From positions 124,001 through 188,000 of the forward strand of contig NIVC01001894.1 in the NCBI GenBank assembly GCA_002269645.1: DNA of 64,000 nt, given 5' to 3'. The stretch is from Macrostomum lignano. Lineage: Eukaryota. Position numbers and translations under genes: made by a program. The notes under the pieces were generated by a model. It ran no database searches. It saw only the letters and a list, made by a program, of their open reading frames with translations, and was not told the DNA's origin. Below, one piece after another: positions 39,280-59,989 of this stretch (positions are counted from its first letter, which is position 1; every line of letters starts with the position of its first letter).

Positions 39280-39492
39280 ATGCGAGTCCTTCAGCTCTGC
39301 CTGTTTCTGTGCGTCCTCTGCTCGGCCGTCCTGGCGAGACCGCCGCCTATGGAAAGACCGTATTCTGCCGGCACGCAGGGCGCTGGCGACGGCAAGATCA
39401 TCGTCTGTATGGATTCGCCCCTGCAGACGGTGACAGATAGACCTCCACTGACTCCTCCTGCTTGGCCAAGGCCTGGCCGGAGGACTGATTGA
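39280..39492 (+). CDS. Small secreted protein, putative amidated neuropeptide precursor (70 aa)
   Basis: ATG with A at -3, hydrophobic signal-like N-terminus MRVLQLCLFLCVLCSAVLA and C-terminal PPAWPRP-G-RR-TD. It is a GC-rich coding island in AT-rich DNA with AATAAA at 39561-39566. Confidence 0.65.
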   Translation: MRVLQLCLFLCVLCSAVLARPPPMERPYSAGTQGAGDGKIIVCMDSPLQTVTDRPPLTPPAWPRPGRRTD

Positions 39493-39874
39493 CTGACTTG
39501 AGAGTTCGAAACGACTTGTTAAAGACGTCTTGAACAGATTAATCGGATATCAATATATATAATAAAGCATTGAAGATTTTTTTCTACAAGCAAAGGGTAT
39601 AATAATACATGTACAAAGTATAATACAATTCCAGGTAATTAATTTCGCGGCGAATATCAGTTCGAAGTCGACTCGGCGATATGAATTCGAATCAGATTGT
39701 AGTATGGTAGTCAGGCACTGCAAAGCAAGCTATTGCGGTTGATTGTAGGGGCATAGGCACACTGAATCCTGCACAACTGTGCTTATCGCGTGTGGTCCCA
39801 TCTTCAACTCCCAGACTGCCAATAAAGCTTATCAATCAGTTCTCAGACTGCCAGCCACCTCCAGTCGGCAGTTC

Positions 39875-42800
39875 TCATCGAAGAGACTCAAGAAACACTA
39901 GCTGCTCAACCAGGCCGGCAGCCTCAGCATCCGAGGTGATTTCGCGCAGCCTGAGCGCTTTCTGTGCTGCGCTACGGCCGGCGCTGGTCGTCAGGTAGCT
40001 GTAGACCGCAGCGAAGTCGAACGCGCCGTCGCTTTCAGCGGCGCGTCGTTCGCAGCGCCGGCGCAAGTCGCTCAGCGTCCGGTCGAGGCCGGCCTGACCG
40101 AAACGCGATCCGGTCGCCTCGTCCGGCGCGTCCTCGAAGGCGCTGGCCAACCGGCCGCTGCGGGCCAAGGCCGCCTCGAGTTCCTGAGCGAACCGCAGGG
40201 TGGTGTCGCAACTGGCGCCGGCAGCCGCGGCTGCTGCGTCCTCTCGCTCTTCATCTTGAGCTTCCTCATCGAAGTCGGGCGTGTAGTAGGTGTCCGCCAG
40301 CTCAGGGTTGACCATTGCGGCTTCTCTGATTGGCTGTTTTCGGTCTGGGATTTGGACAGCGGCGTTTATGGGATTTGGGATTCGGAATGCGACGTTTATG
40401 GGATTTGAATGATGCATTTATGGGATTTAAATGATGCATTTATGTGATTTTGGGATTCGGAATGCGACGTTTATGGGATTTGGGATTCGGAATGCGACGT
40501 TTATGGGATTTGAATGATGCATTTATGGGATTTAAATGATGCATTTATATGATTTTGGGATTCGGAATGCGACGTTTATGGGATTTAGGATTCGAAAAGT
40601 GACGTTTATGGGATTTGAATGATGCATTTATGGGATTTAAATGATGCATTTATGTGATTTGGGATTCGGAATGCGACGTTTATGGGATTTGGGATTCGAA
40701 AAGTGACGTTTATGGGATTTGAATGATGCATTTATGGGATTTAAATGATGCATTTTTGGGATTTGGGATTCGGAATGAGGCATTTATGGGATTTGGGATT
40801 CGGAATGCGACGTTTATGGGATTTGAATGATGCATTTATGGGATTTAAATGATGCATTTATGTGATTTTGGGATTCGGAATGCGACGTTTATGGGATTTA
40901 GGATTCGAAAAGTGACGTTTATGGGATTTGAATGATGCATTTATGGGATTTAAATGATGCATTTATGTGATTTGGGATTCGGAATGCGACGTTTATGGGA
41001 TTTGGGATTCGAAAAGTGACGTTTATGGGATTTGAATGATGCATTTATGGGATTTAAATGATGCATTTATGTGATTTGGGATTCGGAATGCGACGTTTAT
41101 GGGATTTAGGATTCGAAAAGTGACGTTTATGGGATTTGAATGATGCATTTATGGGATTTAAATGATGCATTTTTGGGATTTGGGATTCGGAATGAGGCAT
41201 TTATGGGATTTGGGATTCGGAATGCGACGTTTTACGCACCCTTGAATTGGAATCCGGAATGCGGAGTTTATGGGTTGGGAGCTCGTGCTTCGTTTATTTT
41301 ATTCATTCGTATAATATTTAATGTATTCTATAGTTAATTTTTTAATCGAAAAATCCTTTCATTGCTACTCATAGTAAAAAAACCAGCCCCTGCCACTGCA
41401 AACCTCGTCTCCCATCGGCACCCGACGGTACGAGGTCGTCGCACTCCTCGGCGTCGGCTTCATCCTCAGACTGTTGCGGCTCCTCCTCGGCCAGACCCAG
41501 CGCCGTCAGCAGCGCTGCCGAGCGTCGTCGGTCGACTCGGTCGACGCCGTCGCCATCGGCCGTGGACTCCGCGCGAAGCAGCCGCCTGCCGGCGCCTCCG
41601 CCGCCGCCGCAGCTGGCCTCGGCCGCGGCCGCCTCTTCGTGGATCTGCTTCGACCGGCGGCGCAGGTGCGGCTCCCGCAGCAGCTCTCTGGCGCTGGCCC
41701 TCCGCTGAGGCTCCTTCTCCAGCATCCGCTCCAGCACGGCCTGCAGCGCCCTGGGATATCTGTCCGGCAGGGTGGGGCAGGGATCTTCGCAGATGCTGAA
41801 CAGGATCCTCATCAGGCCGTGCCCGGTGTACGCGTGCTCCTGGGCGCACATCTCGTACAGGATGCAGCCGACACTCCAGACGTCGCTCTTGGCGTTGTAG
41901 CCTGGTTACAATAATAACAATAATATTAATAATAGTAATAATAATAATAATAATAAATAACATGATAATTGCAAGAGTGTTCTGAAGACTTTTTAGTCGA
42001 GCACATTACTCATACACACGCTCACACAGGGTGTACAGCAGCCCTGACTTTCTAATCGTCAGGCATGTACACTCTCTCAGGCATGTACACTCTCTCAGGC
42101 ATGTACACTCTCTCAGGCATGTACACTCTCTCAGGCATGTACACTCTCTCAGGCATGTACACTCTGTGCCTTGGGGGGTTGGCCCTCGTGGGTGAAAATT
42201 TCATGACAACCCCACGGACAATTTTCGTGCACAAGGCCCAAATGAATGAGGCCGAATGTGGAATCGAACCTGGGATCGTGGCGCGAGAGTTAGACCCGTT
42301 CACTACTGAGCTGCTCTGCCCCTGAGGGAGCAGGAGTATAGTGTGTCTACACCCTCACAGACCATTGGTTACGAGGTCTCAGGTTGATGACCTAGCTGTC
42401 CTTACCCGAAAGAAGCATCATGGGGCATCGGTCTCTCACATCTCTGAAGGGTCGGGACCCGGTAGCAATAATACACATTGATGCAGTCTGTGTTAAAATA
42501 AAACTTTCTCCCGTGCCTCACCCTGATGCTTGAGCAGTTCCGGACTCATAAAGTACGGCGTCCCCAGAAAAGTAGTGGCCATGTCCACCGAATTCATGAG
42601 CACCCGAGCGATGCCAAAGTCGCCAATTTTAACCATGCCGCCCTTTAAAAATACGTTTTTCGTCTTCAGATCCCGGTGTAAAATCCGCTTCCCGTGCAGG
42701 TACTCGACGCCTAGGAGGATCTGGATCAGCCAGCGCTCAGTGGTGGCCACGGGCAGGTGCAGACCGGCCTTCTTCAGGCGCTGGATGGCCTGGTCCAGGT

Positions 42801-44055
42801 CGCCTTCGTCGCAGTACTCGGTGACCATGCAGAACGAGGGCAGGTCTGTCGCGAAATTTGGGGTGCCGGCTGTTAGACTTGAAGACGGTTGTTAGACAGC
42901 GGTGTCAGCTGTTAGACAGGTATATCAGCTGTTAGACAGGTATATCAGCTGTTAGACAGGTATATCAGCTGTTAGACAGGGATATCAGCTGTTAATCAGG
43001 GATATCAGCTGTTAGACAGGGATATCAGCTGTTAGACAGGGATATCAGCTGTTAGACAGGGATATCAGCTGTTAGACAGGGATATCAGCTGTTAGACAGG
43101 GATATCAGCTGTTAGACAGGGATATCAGCTGTTAGACAGGGATATCAGCTGTTAGACAGGGATATCAGCTGTTAGACAGGGATATCAGCTGTTAATCAGG
43201 GATATCATCTGTTAGACAGGGATATCAGCTGTTAGACAGGGATATCAGCTGTTAATCAGGGATATCAGCTGTTAATCAGGGATATCAGCTGTTAATCAGG
43301 TATATCAGCTGTTAGACAGGGATATCAGCTGTTAGACAGGGATATCAGCTGTTAGACAGGGATATCAGCTGTTAGACAGGGATATCAGCTGTTAGACAGG
43401 GATATCAGCTGTTAATCAGGGATATCAGCTGTTAATCAGGGATATCAGCTGTTAGACAGGGATATCAGCTGTTAGACAGGGATATCAGCTGTTAGACAGG
43501 AATGTCAGCTGTTAGACAGGGATATCAGCTGTTAGACAGGGATATCAGCTGTTAGACAGGAGTGTCAGCTGTTAGACAGGAGTGTCAGCTGTTAGACAGG
43601 AATTTCAGCTGTTAGACAGGTATATCAGCTGTTAGACAGGAATGTCGGCTGTTTGACAGGGATATCAGCTGTTAGATAGGGATGCCAGCTGTTAGACAGG
43701 GATGCCGGATGTTAGATTTCATCTGTTAGATAGTGTCAAACAACCGTCTGTTAGACAAGAAGAGTGGTCAACGTGTTATTACGCTGTAAGAAAACTCACT
43801 GACAAAGCAGTTAAAGAATTTTAAAATAGCAGAGTGGCTGAGCTTTCCCAGCAGTTTTGCTTCGTGAATGGCTTCAACAGTTTCCTCGGGGTCCAGGTCG
43901 CCGATGTGCACCTCCTTTAACACTTTGAACTTCTCCGCGCTTCGTAAATCTTCCACTAAGTAGGCGGTGCCATAGGCGCCCTTTCCAATCTTTTTCAGTA
44001 ATTTGTAGCGATTGCTGAGAATCCGAGGTTTTGAAAGCTGCCTCCATGAGGCCAT
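39875..44055 (-). CDS. NEK11: NIMA-related Ser/Thr kinase, NEK11-like (~515 aa, 4 exons)
   Basis: Exons 44055-43800, 42845-42522, 41901-~41404, ~40344-39875, phase-compatible. Motifs: IGKGAYG, VLKE, HRDLKTKN, KIGDFG, GTPYFMSPE, SDVWSVG. The NEK11-type tail (ELADTYY..FD..VYSYL..VEQLVFLE) is present. The exon 3/4 junction is uncertain. Confidence 0.85.
40355..41230. repeat. Higher-order minisatellite of 22-24-bp GGGATT..TTTAT subunits (NEK11 intron 3)
   Basis: Alternating GGGATTCGGAATGCGACGTTTAT, GGGATTTGAATGATGCATTTAT and GGGATTTAAATGATGCATTTAT units. Confidence 0.9.
41990..42322 (-). mobile_element. tRNA-derived SINE (group 2 core, different head) with an internal 18-bp expansion
   Basis: Head GGGGCAGAGCAGCTCAGTAGTG..GGTTCGATTCC. 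The core is shared with 53251-53614. AGGCATGTACACTCTCTC occurs about 6 times at 42058-42165. Confidence 0.75.
42870..43725. repeat. 20-bp minisatellite filling NEK11 intron 1
   Basis: Unit GATATCAGCTGTTAGACAGG. Confidence 0.95.
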
Positions 44056-46124
44056 TCTTTAACCTGGAGATATGTTAGCGGCAATCTCTAATGCACGCAC
44101 TTGAATATTTCTTTCTTTTTCTACATTTCTTTTATAAAGCTATAAATATTATTATAATATCATAAAATTAATATCATTTTATTATTTTATCATTCTCGAT
44201 AATTTTAGCGTAAAGAAAACCTTAAGTACCACCATGAATGTATATAAAAATAAATATAATATGAAATATAGTATGCTACATATTTATTGCCCATCAATTG
44301 TTGAAATTTGTAAAATGCAAAAGCCTAAAATGCAACAGCAAACATCAAGTACATTTTTTGTCATAAATATTTAAGGCAAGTTCATATAATACGAGCGTAA
44401 TACTATACAACATAATGTATGCACTAACAGCCAATACTGCATTTCTTTTATTTTAGATGCAAAACCTAAATTCTGATATTCTCTTTTAATAGGCTGGGAT
44501 AAATTATTTTTTTTGTAATGAATCATGTTAGTTTAAAATAACATCAACTAAAAATTAGCCACAAACATATTGAAAAATAGCTTTTTTCTTGTTAAATTAA
44601 TGCTGAATATAAAACTTCTTAGCTGGCAAAGCCACAAAGTGGCAATTTTTTATGGTATGCATGCTTACACAGTGGACCTTCTCTATTTACCTAGTAGTCC
44701 CTTGCCCAATTTTTTTGTAAGTAATTATTAGCTTGTTAGTTTCTGTAGAAAGGCAACTGATAAATTATATATTTATTAATATATATATATGTATAATGTA
44801 TGACATGAACGTGTAGTCGTGTAACATGTAACATGAACGTGTAACATGAATGGCTAGCCTATAGTTCAATAGCTGACATATCTGAAAATCTCATCACAAA
44901 GAATTCGGTGTCCTTGTGGTAGTGGAAGCTTGTGGAAGCTTTGCTTCTTGAATATATAATTCTTCTAAGGACTAAATTCGGATCGTTGGACTCTAAATCT
45001 TATTCGACTAAAAAGTTCCCCCGAATCTAATTCGAACTGCGATACGACGCTGTAAACTAGCTATAACAAAAAGTTTTTAATGATTAAAAACAACAGCTTC
45101 TGACGCTTTCTTGTAGCTGTTTATAAAAAAATTGTTGAGTTTAGATTAGAACAAGATTTGACACTGCATAAGTCGGGTAACTATAATATGCAACTATTTT
45201 GCATGGCAGTACAGTACTGCTTTGATAAATTAAGACATTACGGAAACAAAAAAATACGGGGATATCCGCTGCCCTTTCCGAATGCAGCGGATATGCAGTG
45301 TATAAAAATAGCTTACAGAGTTTCCAAGTAAAGCAATTTGTGAAATATAGGAATTGAATTTTGTCTAAACTGTCTTGAAATGGAATTCATGTTAAATCTA
45401 ATATACTAAATCTAAATGTATTAAATCCATATACTAAATTTGCACTAAAAACCGTGAAGCAGGGAGCGCCGCCAAGGCACGGCTTGCCCTCGAAGGTGAA
45501 GTTCTTCGTCTGAGCGAACGGGCACGGAGAGTCGCCGTCGCCCACAGGCGGTTCGGTCACGCTTGCTGGGCCGCCTCGCAGCTCGGCCGGTGGGGCCAGA
45601 GAGAAAATCTGCTGGCCCGATGCCAGCTTGTCCTACGACAGGCCCGGCACCGAGGCGCTGCACGACCTGAAGAGGTCGAGAGGTCGCCGGCTCCGAGGGG
45701 CGCTGCGAGAATGGGAGCGGGGTCCAGAGGGCCAGCAGAGGGGAGATTAAGCAGAAAAACTGCTTAAAATTAATTCTAAACCTTAAAAAACTAAATTTTG
45801 AGAAAAATTGATAACGACTCCCCAAACCTAAATAGAATTTATGCGATTCCAACCGAATGATCCGTGGAAAAACGCACTTATTCATCTTTTTTCGTCAATG
45901 AAATAAGCCAAGTTCACGGATTCCATCCATATGATAGCGCACTGACTTGTATCGCCTGATAGCATGGGGATTCCCTTTGGCAGTTGTTACAGGGAGCTGG
46001 CTATTGCGCTAAAAACAGCTCTGCCAAGTCAACACATCAGCCATGAGTCATGCGATGCGACAGTAAGCGCGCGTCATGATACGGTAATCCTAAGTGCATG
46101 TACGTTTTTCCTCTGATCATTTCT

Positions 46125-46985
46125 GCCCTCTCTTGTCTACCCAATTACTGCCCTCTCTTGTCCACCCAATCACTGCCCTCTCTTGTCTACCCAATTACTG
46201 CCCTCTCTTGTCTACCTAATCACTGCCCTCTCTTGTCTACCCAATCACTGCCCTCTCTTGTCTACCCAATCACTGCCCTCTCTTGTCTACCCAATCACTG
46301 CCCTCTCTTGTCTACCCAATCACTGTCCTCTCTTGTCTACCCAATCACTGCCCTCTCTTGTCTACCCAATCACTGCCCTCTCTTGTCTACCCAATCACTG
46401 CCCTCTCTTGTCTACCCAATCACTGCCCTCTCTTGTCTACCCAATCACTGCCCTCTCTTGTCTACCCAATCACTGCCCTCTCTTGTCTACCCAATCACTG
46501 CCCTCTCTTGTCTACCCAATCACTGCCCTCTCTTGTCTACCCAATCACTGCCCTCTCTTGTCTACCCAATGACTACTCTCTACTATCTACCCAATGGCTA
46601 CTCCAGCTCTCCGATCTACTCAATGACTACTCTAGCTCTCCTATCCACTCAATGACTACTCTAGCTCTCCTATCCACTCAATGACTACTCTAGCTCTCCA
46701 ATTTAGCCAACCGAATAACTACTCTCTCTTATTTACCCAATGGCTACTCTAGCTCTCCTATCTACCCAATGACTACCCTCTCCTATCTACCCAATAACTA
46801 CCCTCTCCTATCTACCCAATGACTACCCTCTCCTATCTACCCAATGACTACCCTCTCCTATCTACCCAATGACTACCCTCTCCTAGCTACCCAATGACTA
46901 CCCTCTCCTAGCTACCCAATGACTACCCTCTCCTAGCTACCCAATGACTACCCACTCCTATCTACCCAATGACTACCCTCTCTAA
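46125..46985. repeat. 25-bp CCAAT-containing minisatellite that drifts into a second variant
   Basis: CCAATCACTGCCCTCTCTTGTCTAC grading into CCAATGACTACCCTCTCCTATCTAC. Confidence 0.9.
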
Positions 46986-47611
46986 TCACCCCAAATAAGA
47001 GTCCTCTTGTCTTTTACGAGTGGACAATTTCCATTGACAACTTAACGGGTAATTAAAAACAAAGCCCTGTAATACGCAGTGTGTACTTGTACAGACGCCA
47101 TTCAAAGTATCAAATACAATGTCTCGAAAAAATAATAATCACAAGCCAATAGAGTGATGAGTTCAGTGACTGCAGCAGCCTGACATGAAGTGAGACAGAC
47201 CATGCGCCACGGGAATATCCAGCAATTACGCAACAGTAGGAAAAATGATTGACAAAGGCACAGGTTAGCAATCAACAGAGCATAGACAAGATGTTGACCA
47301 TTGTCGACCAGAAAAGCTCGAAAATATGACAACTAGTAGCTATTAATAATTATAATATTTCGATTCGAATGCTGCGACTTTCGTTCTCCGCAGGCGAGAT
47401 GAGATCGGTTGAAACGAAGCCGCAAAAATGAAATGAAATTCAGACTAAAGCATGGAGCAAGGAGCGTCACTACACAGGTATCGAATGCACAGACTGTATA
47501 AGGCTCTGGCTCCGGTCGAAATTTTTGCAAATCTACGCGACTCCGCGGTCAATTAGCTCTTAGTTATTTATTAGCCGAATTTTTGTCGAAATCAGTGGAA
47601 GTCGTGTCCTC

Positions 47612-48270
47612 TCTCCTGTCCTCTACCGGTAATCTTGTCCGCTCTCCTTTCCTCTACCGGTAATCTTGTCCGCTCACCTGTCCTCTAATCTTGTCCGCTT
47701 TCCTGTCCTCTAATCTTGTCCGCTTTCCTGTCCTCTACCGGTAATCTTGTCCGCTCACCTGTCCTCTAATCTTGTCCGCTCTCCTGTCCTCTAATCTTGT
47801 CCGCTTTCCTGTCCTCTACCGGTAATCTTGTCCGCTCACCTGTCCTCTAATCTTGTCCGCTCTCCTGTCCTCTAATCTTGTCCGCTCTCCTGTCCTCTAC
47901 CGGTAATCTTGTCCGCTCTCCTGTCCTCTAATCTTGTCCGCTCTCCTGTCCTCTAATCTTCTCCGCTCTCCTGTCCTCTAATCTTGTCCGCTTTCCTGTC
48001 CTCTAATCTTGTCCGCTCTCCTGTCCTCTAATCTTCTCCGCTCTCCTGTCCTCTAATCTTGTCCGCTCTCCTGTCCTCTAATCTTCTCCGCTCTCCTGTC
48101 CTCTAATCTTGTCCGCTTTCCTGTCCTCTAATCTTCTCCGCTCTCCTGTCCTCTAATCTTGTCCGCTTTCCTGTCCTCTAATCTTCTCCGCTCTCCTGTC
48201 CTCTACCGGTAATCTTGTCCGCTCACCTGTCCTCTAATCTTGTCCCCCTACCTCCCTCTGTCCTCTAATC
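47612..48270. repeat. 25/33-bp minisatellite
   Basis: Unit CTAATCTTGTCCGCTCTCCTGTCCT, with or without CTACCGGT. Confidence 0.9.
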
Positions 48271-48441
48271 CTGTCTACACCTCGACCACCTGAATTAACA
48301 GCACAGGCGAACGGATTAACCGATACGATTATTAAACAGTCAGCAGATAAAGACACTGGAAAAGTGCACTGGTCGGAAGAAGCCGAATCAACGGAGTCGG
48401 TCTTAGAAAGCAATAAATCTGATCTCGCGTTCCAACGCACA

Positions 48442-57120
<8,679 letters not shown>

Positions 57121-57513
57121 TCCTCCCCTTCATTGTCAGGCCTCAGAAGTAGACGGGTTGTCAAGCAAATATCTAGCTGCTAAACTACTCATGTGACTGA
57201 GTCTGCTGACAGTGTGATAAAAAGTTGATGCGTACCTGCTGTGATATTGAAAGAGTATCTAAATTTAAATCAGCATTGTATGAAGCGATCTGGGAAGCAG
57301 ACATGCTGCAGACTTGCTAAGCCGCAGAAAGGGCAAAGAAGGCATTTTCTAGACACTAAATTTAGCGCTCGAGGGCCGTGTTTGACTGCAGTAATAAAAC
57401 TAATGAGCAGTGCTATTTTTAGCTGCAACACAATTGTCTTGCATGGTACAACTGCTACCTGTCTGACTACAGAGCTTGACGCAATTCAAATCACTACACG
57501 TATGTATATTACT

Positions 57514-58720
57514 GTGCCATCCTCACTGCCATCTCTAGTCTGTGCCATCCTCACTGCCATCTCTAGTCTGTGCCATCCTCACTGCCATCTCTGTAGTCTG
57601 TGCCATCCTCACTGCCATCTCTGTAGTCTGTGCCATCCTCACTGCCATCTCTGCATTCTGTGCCATCCTCACTGCCATCTACAAGCATATATGCATGCAT
57701 TGGTACCTCACCGCCGCGTACACTGAATACATGCAAGTCTGTCCATTGTTCCACTGCCTATTATTGAGGAAAGATTGATCTAAAAAGCTGAGCAATGCAC
57801 AAAAGCGCAATGTTTCCTGGTTGATAAGGACAATAAACGGAGTTTGTGGCACAGAGACAAGAGGGTAAGAAATGACAACCTGTCAAAAGAAGTGAGACAA
57901 AGAATGCTTCAGTATAATTGAGTCAGTCTTTACATCAGAGACTGATGGAGGAGCAAACTATTGTGAATCATAGCACTGACTACTGTATCCAGCATTTGAA
58001 AGACTTGTAAACAAATGTGTGAATTGATCTTTATGCTCAAGTTAAGCATCTACGATCAAGTTATGCTCAAGTTAAGCATTCATGACCAAGATATGCTCAA
58101 ATTAAGCATTCATGACCAAGTTATGCTCAAATTAAGCATTCATGACCAAGTTATGCTCAAATTAAGCATTCATGACCAAGTTATGCTCAAATTAAGCATC
58201 TATGACAAATTCATGCTAAGTTAAGCATCTACATATGACCAATTTATGCTCAAGTTAGGCATCTATGACCAATTTATGCTCAAGTTAGGCATCTATGACC
58301 AATTTATGCTCAAGTTAGGCATCTATGACCAATTTATGCTCAAGTTAAGCATTAAGACCAATTTATGCTCAAATGAAGCATTCATGACCAAGTTATGCTC
58401 AAATTAAGCATTCATGACCAAGTTATGCTCAAATTAAGCATTCATGACCAAGTTATGCTCAAATTAAGCATCTATGACAAATTCATGCTAAGTTAAGCAT
58501 CTACATATGACCAATTTATGCTCAAGTTAGGCATCTATGACCAATTTATGCTCAAGTTAGGCCTCTATGACCAATTTATGCTCAAGTTAGGCATCTATGA
58601 CCAATTTATGCTCAAGTTAGGCATCTATGACCAATTTATGCTCAAGTTAGGCATCTATGACCAATTTATGCTCAAGTTAAGCATCTATGACCAATTTATG
58701 CTCAAGTTAAGCATCTACAT
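57514..58720. repeat. Segmental duplicate of 62782-64000 (offset 5280 bp), including two 30-bp minisatellites
   Basis: Unique sequence and array variants match (e.g. GCCTCTATGA at 58561 and 63841). Differences are a 6-bp indel (TCGTAC) and the copy structure of TGTGCCATCCTCACTGCCATCTCTGTAGTC. Confidence 0.92.
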
Positions 58721-58915
58721 ATGACCAATTTATGCTCAAGTTAGGCATCTATGATCAATTTATGCTCAAGTTAAGCATCTATGACCAATTTATGCTCAAG
58801 TTAAGCATCTACATATGACCAATTTATGCTCAAGTTAGGCATCTATGATCAATTTATGCTCAAGTTAGGCATCTATGATCAATTTATGCTCAAGTTAAGC
58901 TTTATGACCAACTTC
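58030..58915. repeat. 30-bp minisatellite (second copy at 63310-64000)
   Basis: Unit ATGACCAATTTATGCTCAAGTTAGGCATCT. Confidence 0.9.
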
Positions 58916-59632
58916 TGATAAAGCTGAACATCAATAACCAATATATGCGCATGTTAAGCATCTATGACCAATCTCTGATGAAAATGAACCTCTGACCAAT
59001 TTCTGATCAATCATCAAACTGAACATCCATGACCAATTTCTGATCAATCATCAAACTGAACATCCATGACCAATTTCTGATCAATCATCAAACTAAACAT
59101 CCATGACCAATTTCTGATCAAACTGAGAGTTTATGATTAACTCGTGCAAGAACGAGCATCTAAGAGTCTAAGATCAAATAAACTGACAAATCGTTTTCTT
59201 ATCATTAAGTACGATTATGATTGACAACTGTCACTTTAAGAAGAATTATAAAAAAACGTTGCGTTTAAAAATGTACGCTCATATTCAAAATGTTTAGGAA
59301 AGCCAAAGGTATTTAAGGCTTCAAGTTATAAATCAATGAGTTTATTTCGACAAAAACACAATGCTCAGCCGCATATGACGGGTGCAATGCTTTCAATAAT
59401 GATCTTTGGCTACCCCATAAATCACAACATGCAACACGCTAAGCACCAAAACACAGCAATTCACATTTCCACTAATAATTAAGATTTCTAGACAGAGACA
59501 GCAGTGAGGTACACAAGTGTATTCAAATGGTAGCTAAAAAGTACATTGTTTTTCACAAGGATAAACAACTATGTAAGAATATTTTGGATAAAAAATAAAG
59601 TTTAACTAGCCAAAGCATTGCTGAGTCAGTGC

Positions 59633-59929
59633 TCATCTCCGTTTCTTTTTCTGAGCAGCGGCCAGATGCTGCTTCCTGTTGTTGGACACGTGGCCGGCTG
59701 TTGCGGTTGCCGGCCGAGTTCCGGCTGTCGAGTTGCCGACGCTGCCGCCGTCCTCGGCTTCGTCGGCTTCGCCCATCGAGGCGGTGTCGCTGGAAGCGGC
59801 TGGCGGCAGGCAGAACAGAGCCAGCAGACAGGCCAGCTGGAACAGGGCGCCTATGAGCAGCGCCCGGTCCGACAGCAGCTCGTACCAGGTGGCTGGCGGG
59901 ATGAACAGCGAGCTGTCCTGGTCTGGCAT
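59633..59929 (-). CDS. MANBAL: MANBAL-like (UPF0239) small single-pass membrane protein, 98 aa
   Basis: P..TWYELLSDRALLIGALFQLACLLALF resembles the MANBAL signature (LFLGAIFQLICVLAI, from recall). A basic KKKRR C-terminus follows. An acceptor AG lies 2 nt before the ATG. Confidence 0.8.
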   Translation of the reverse strand: MPDQDSSLFIPPATWYELLSDRALLIGALFQLACLLALFCLPPAASSDTASMGEADEAEDGGSVGNSTAGTRPATATAGHVSNNRKQHLAAAQKKKRR

Positions 59930-59989
59930 GGCTGCAACATGCGGCGGCGGATAGGGCTGGACTATCGCTCAGTACTGGGGTGGTGTGAG

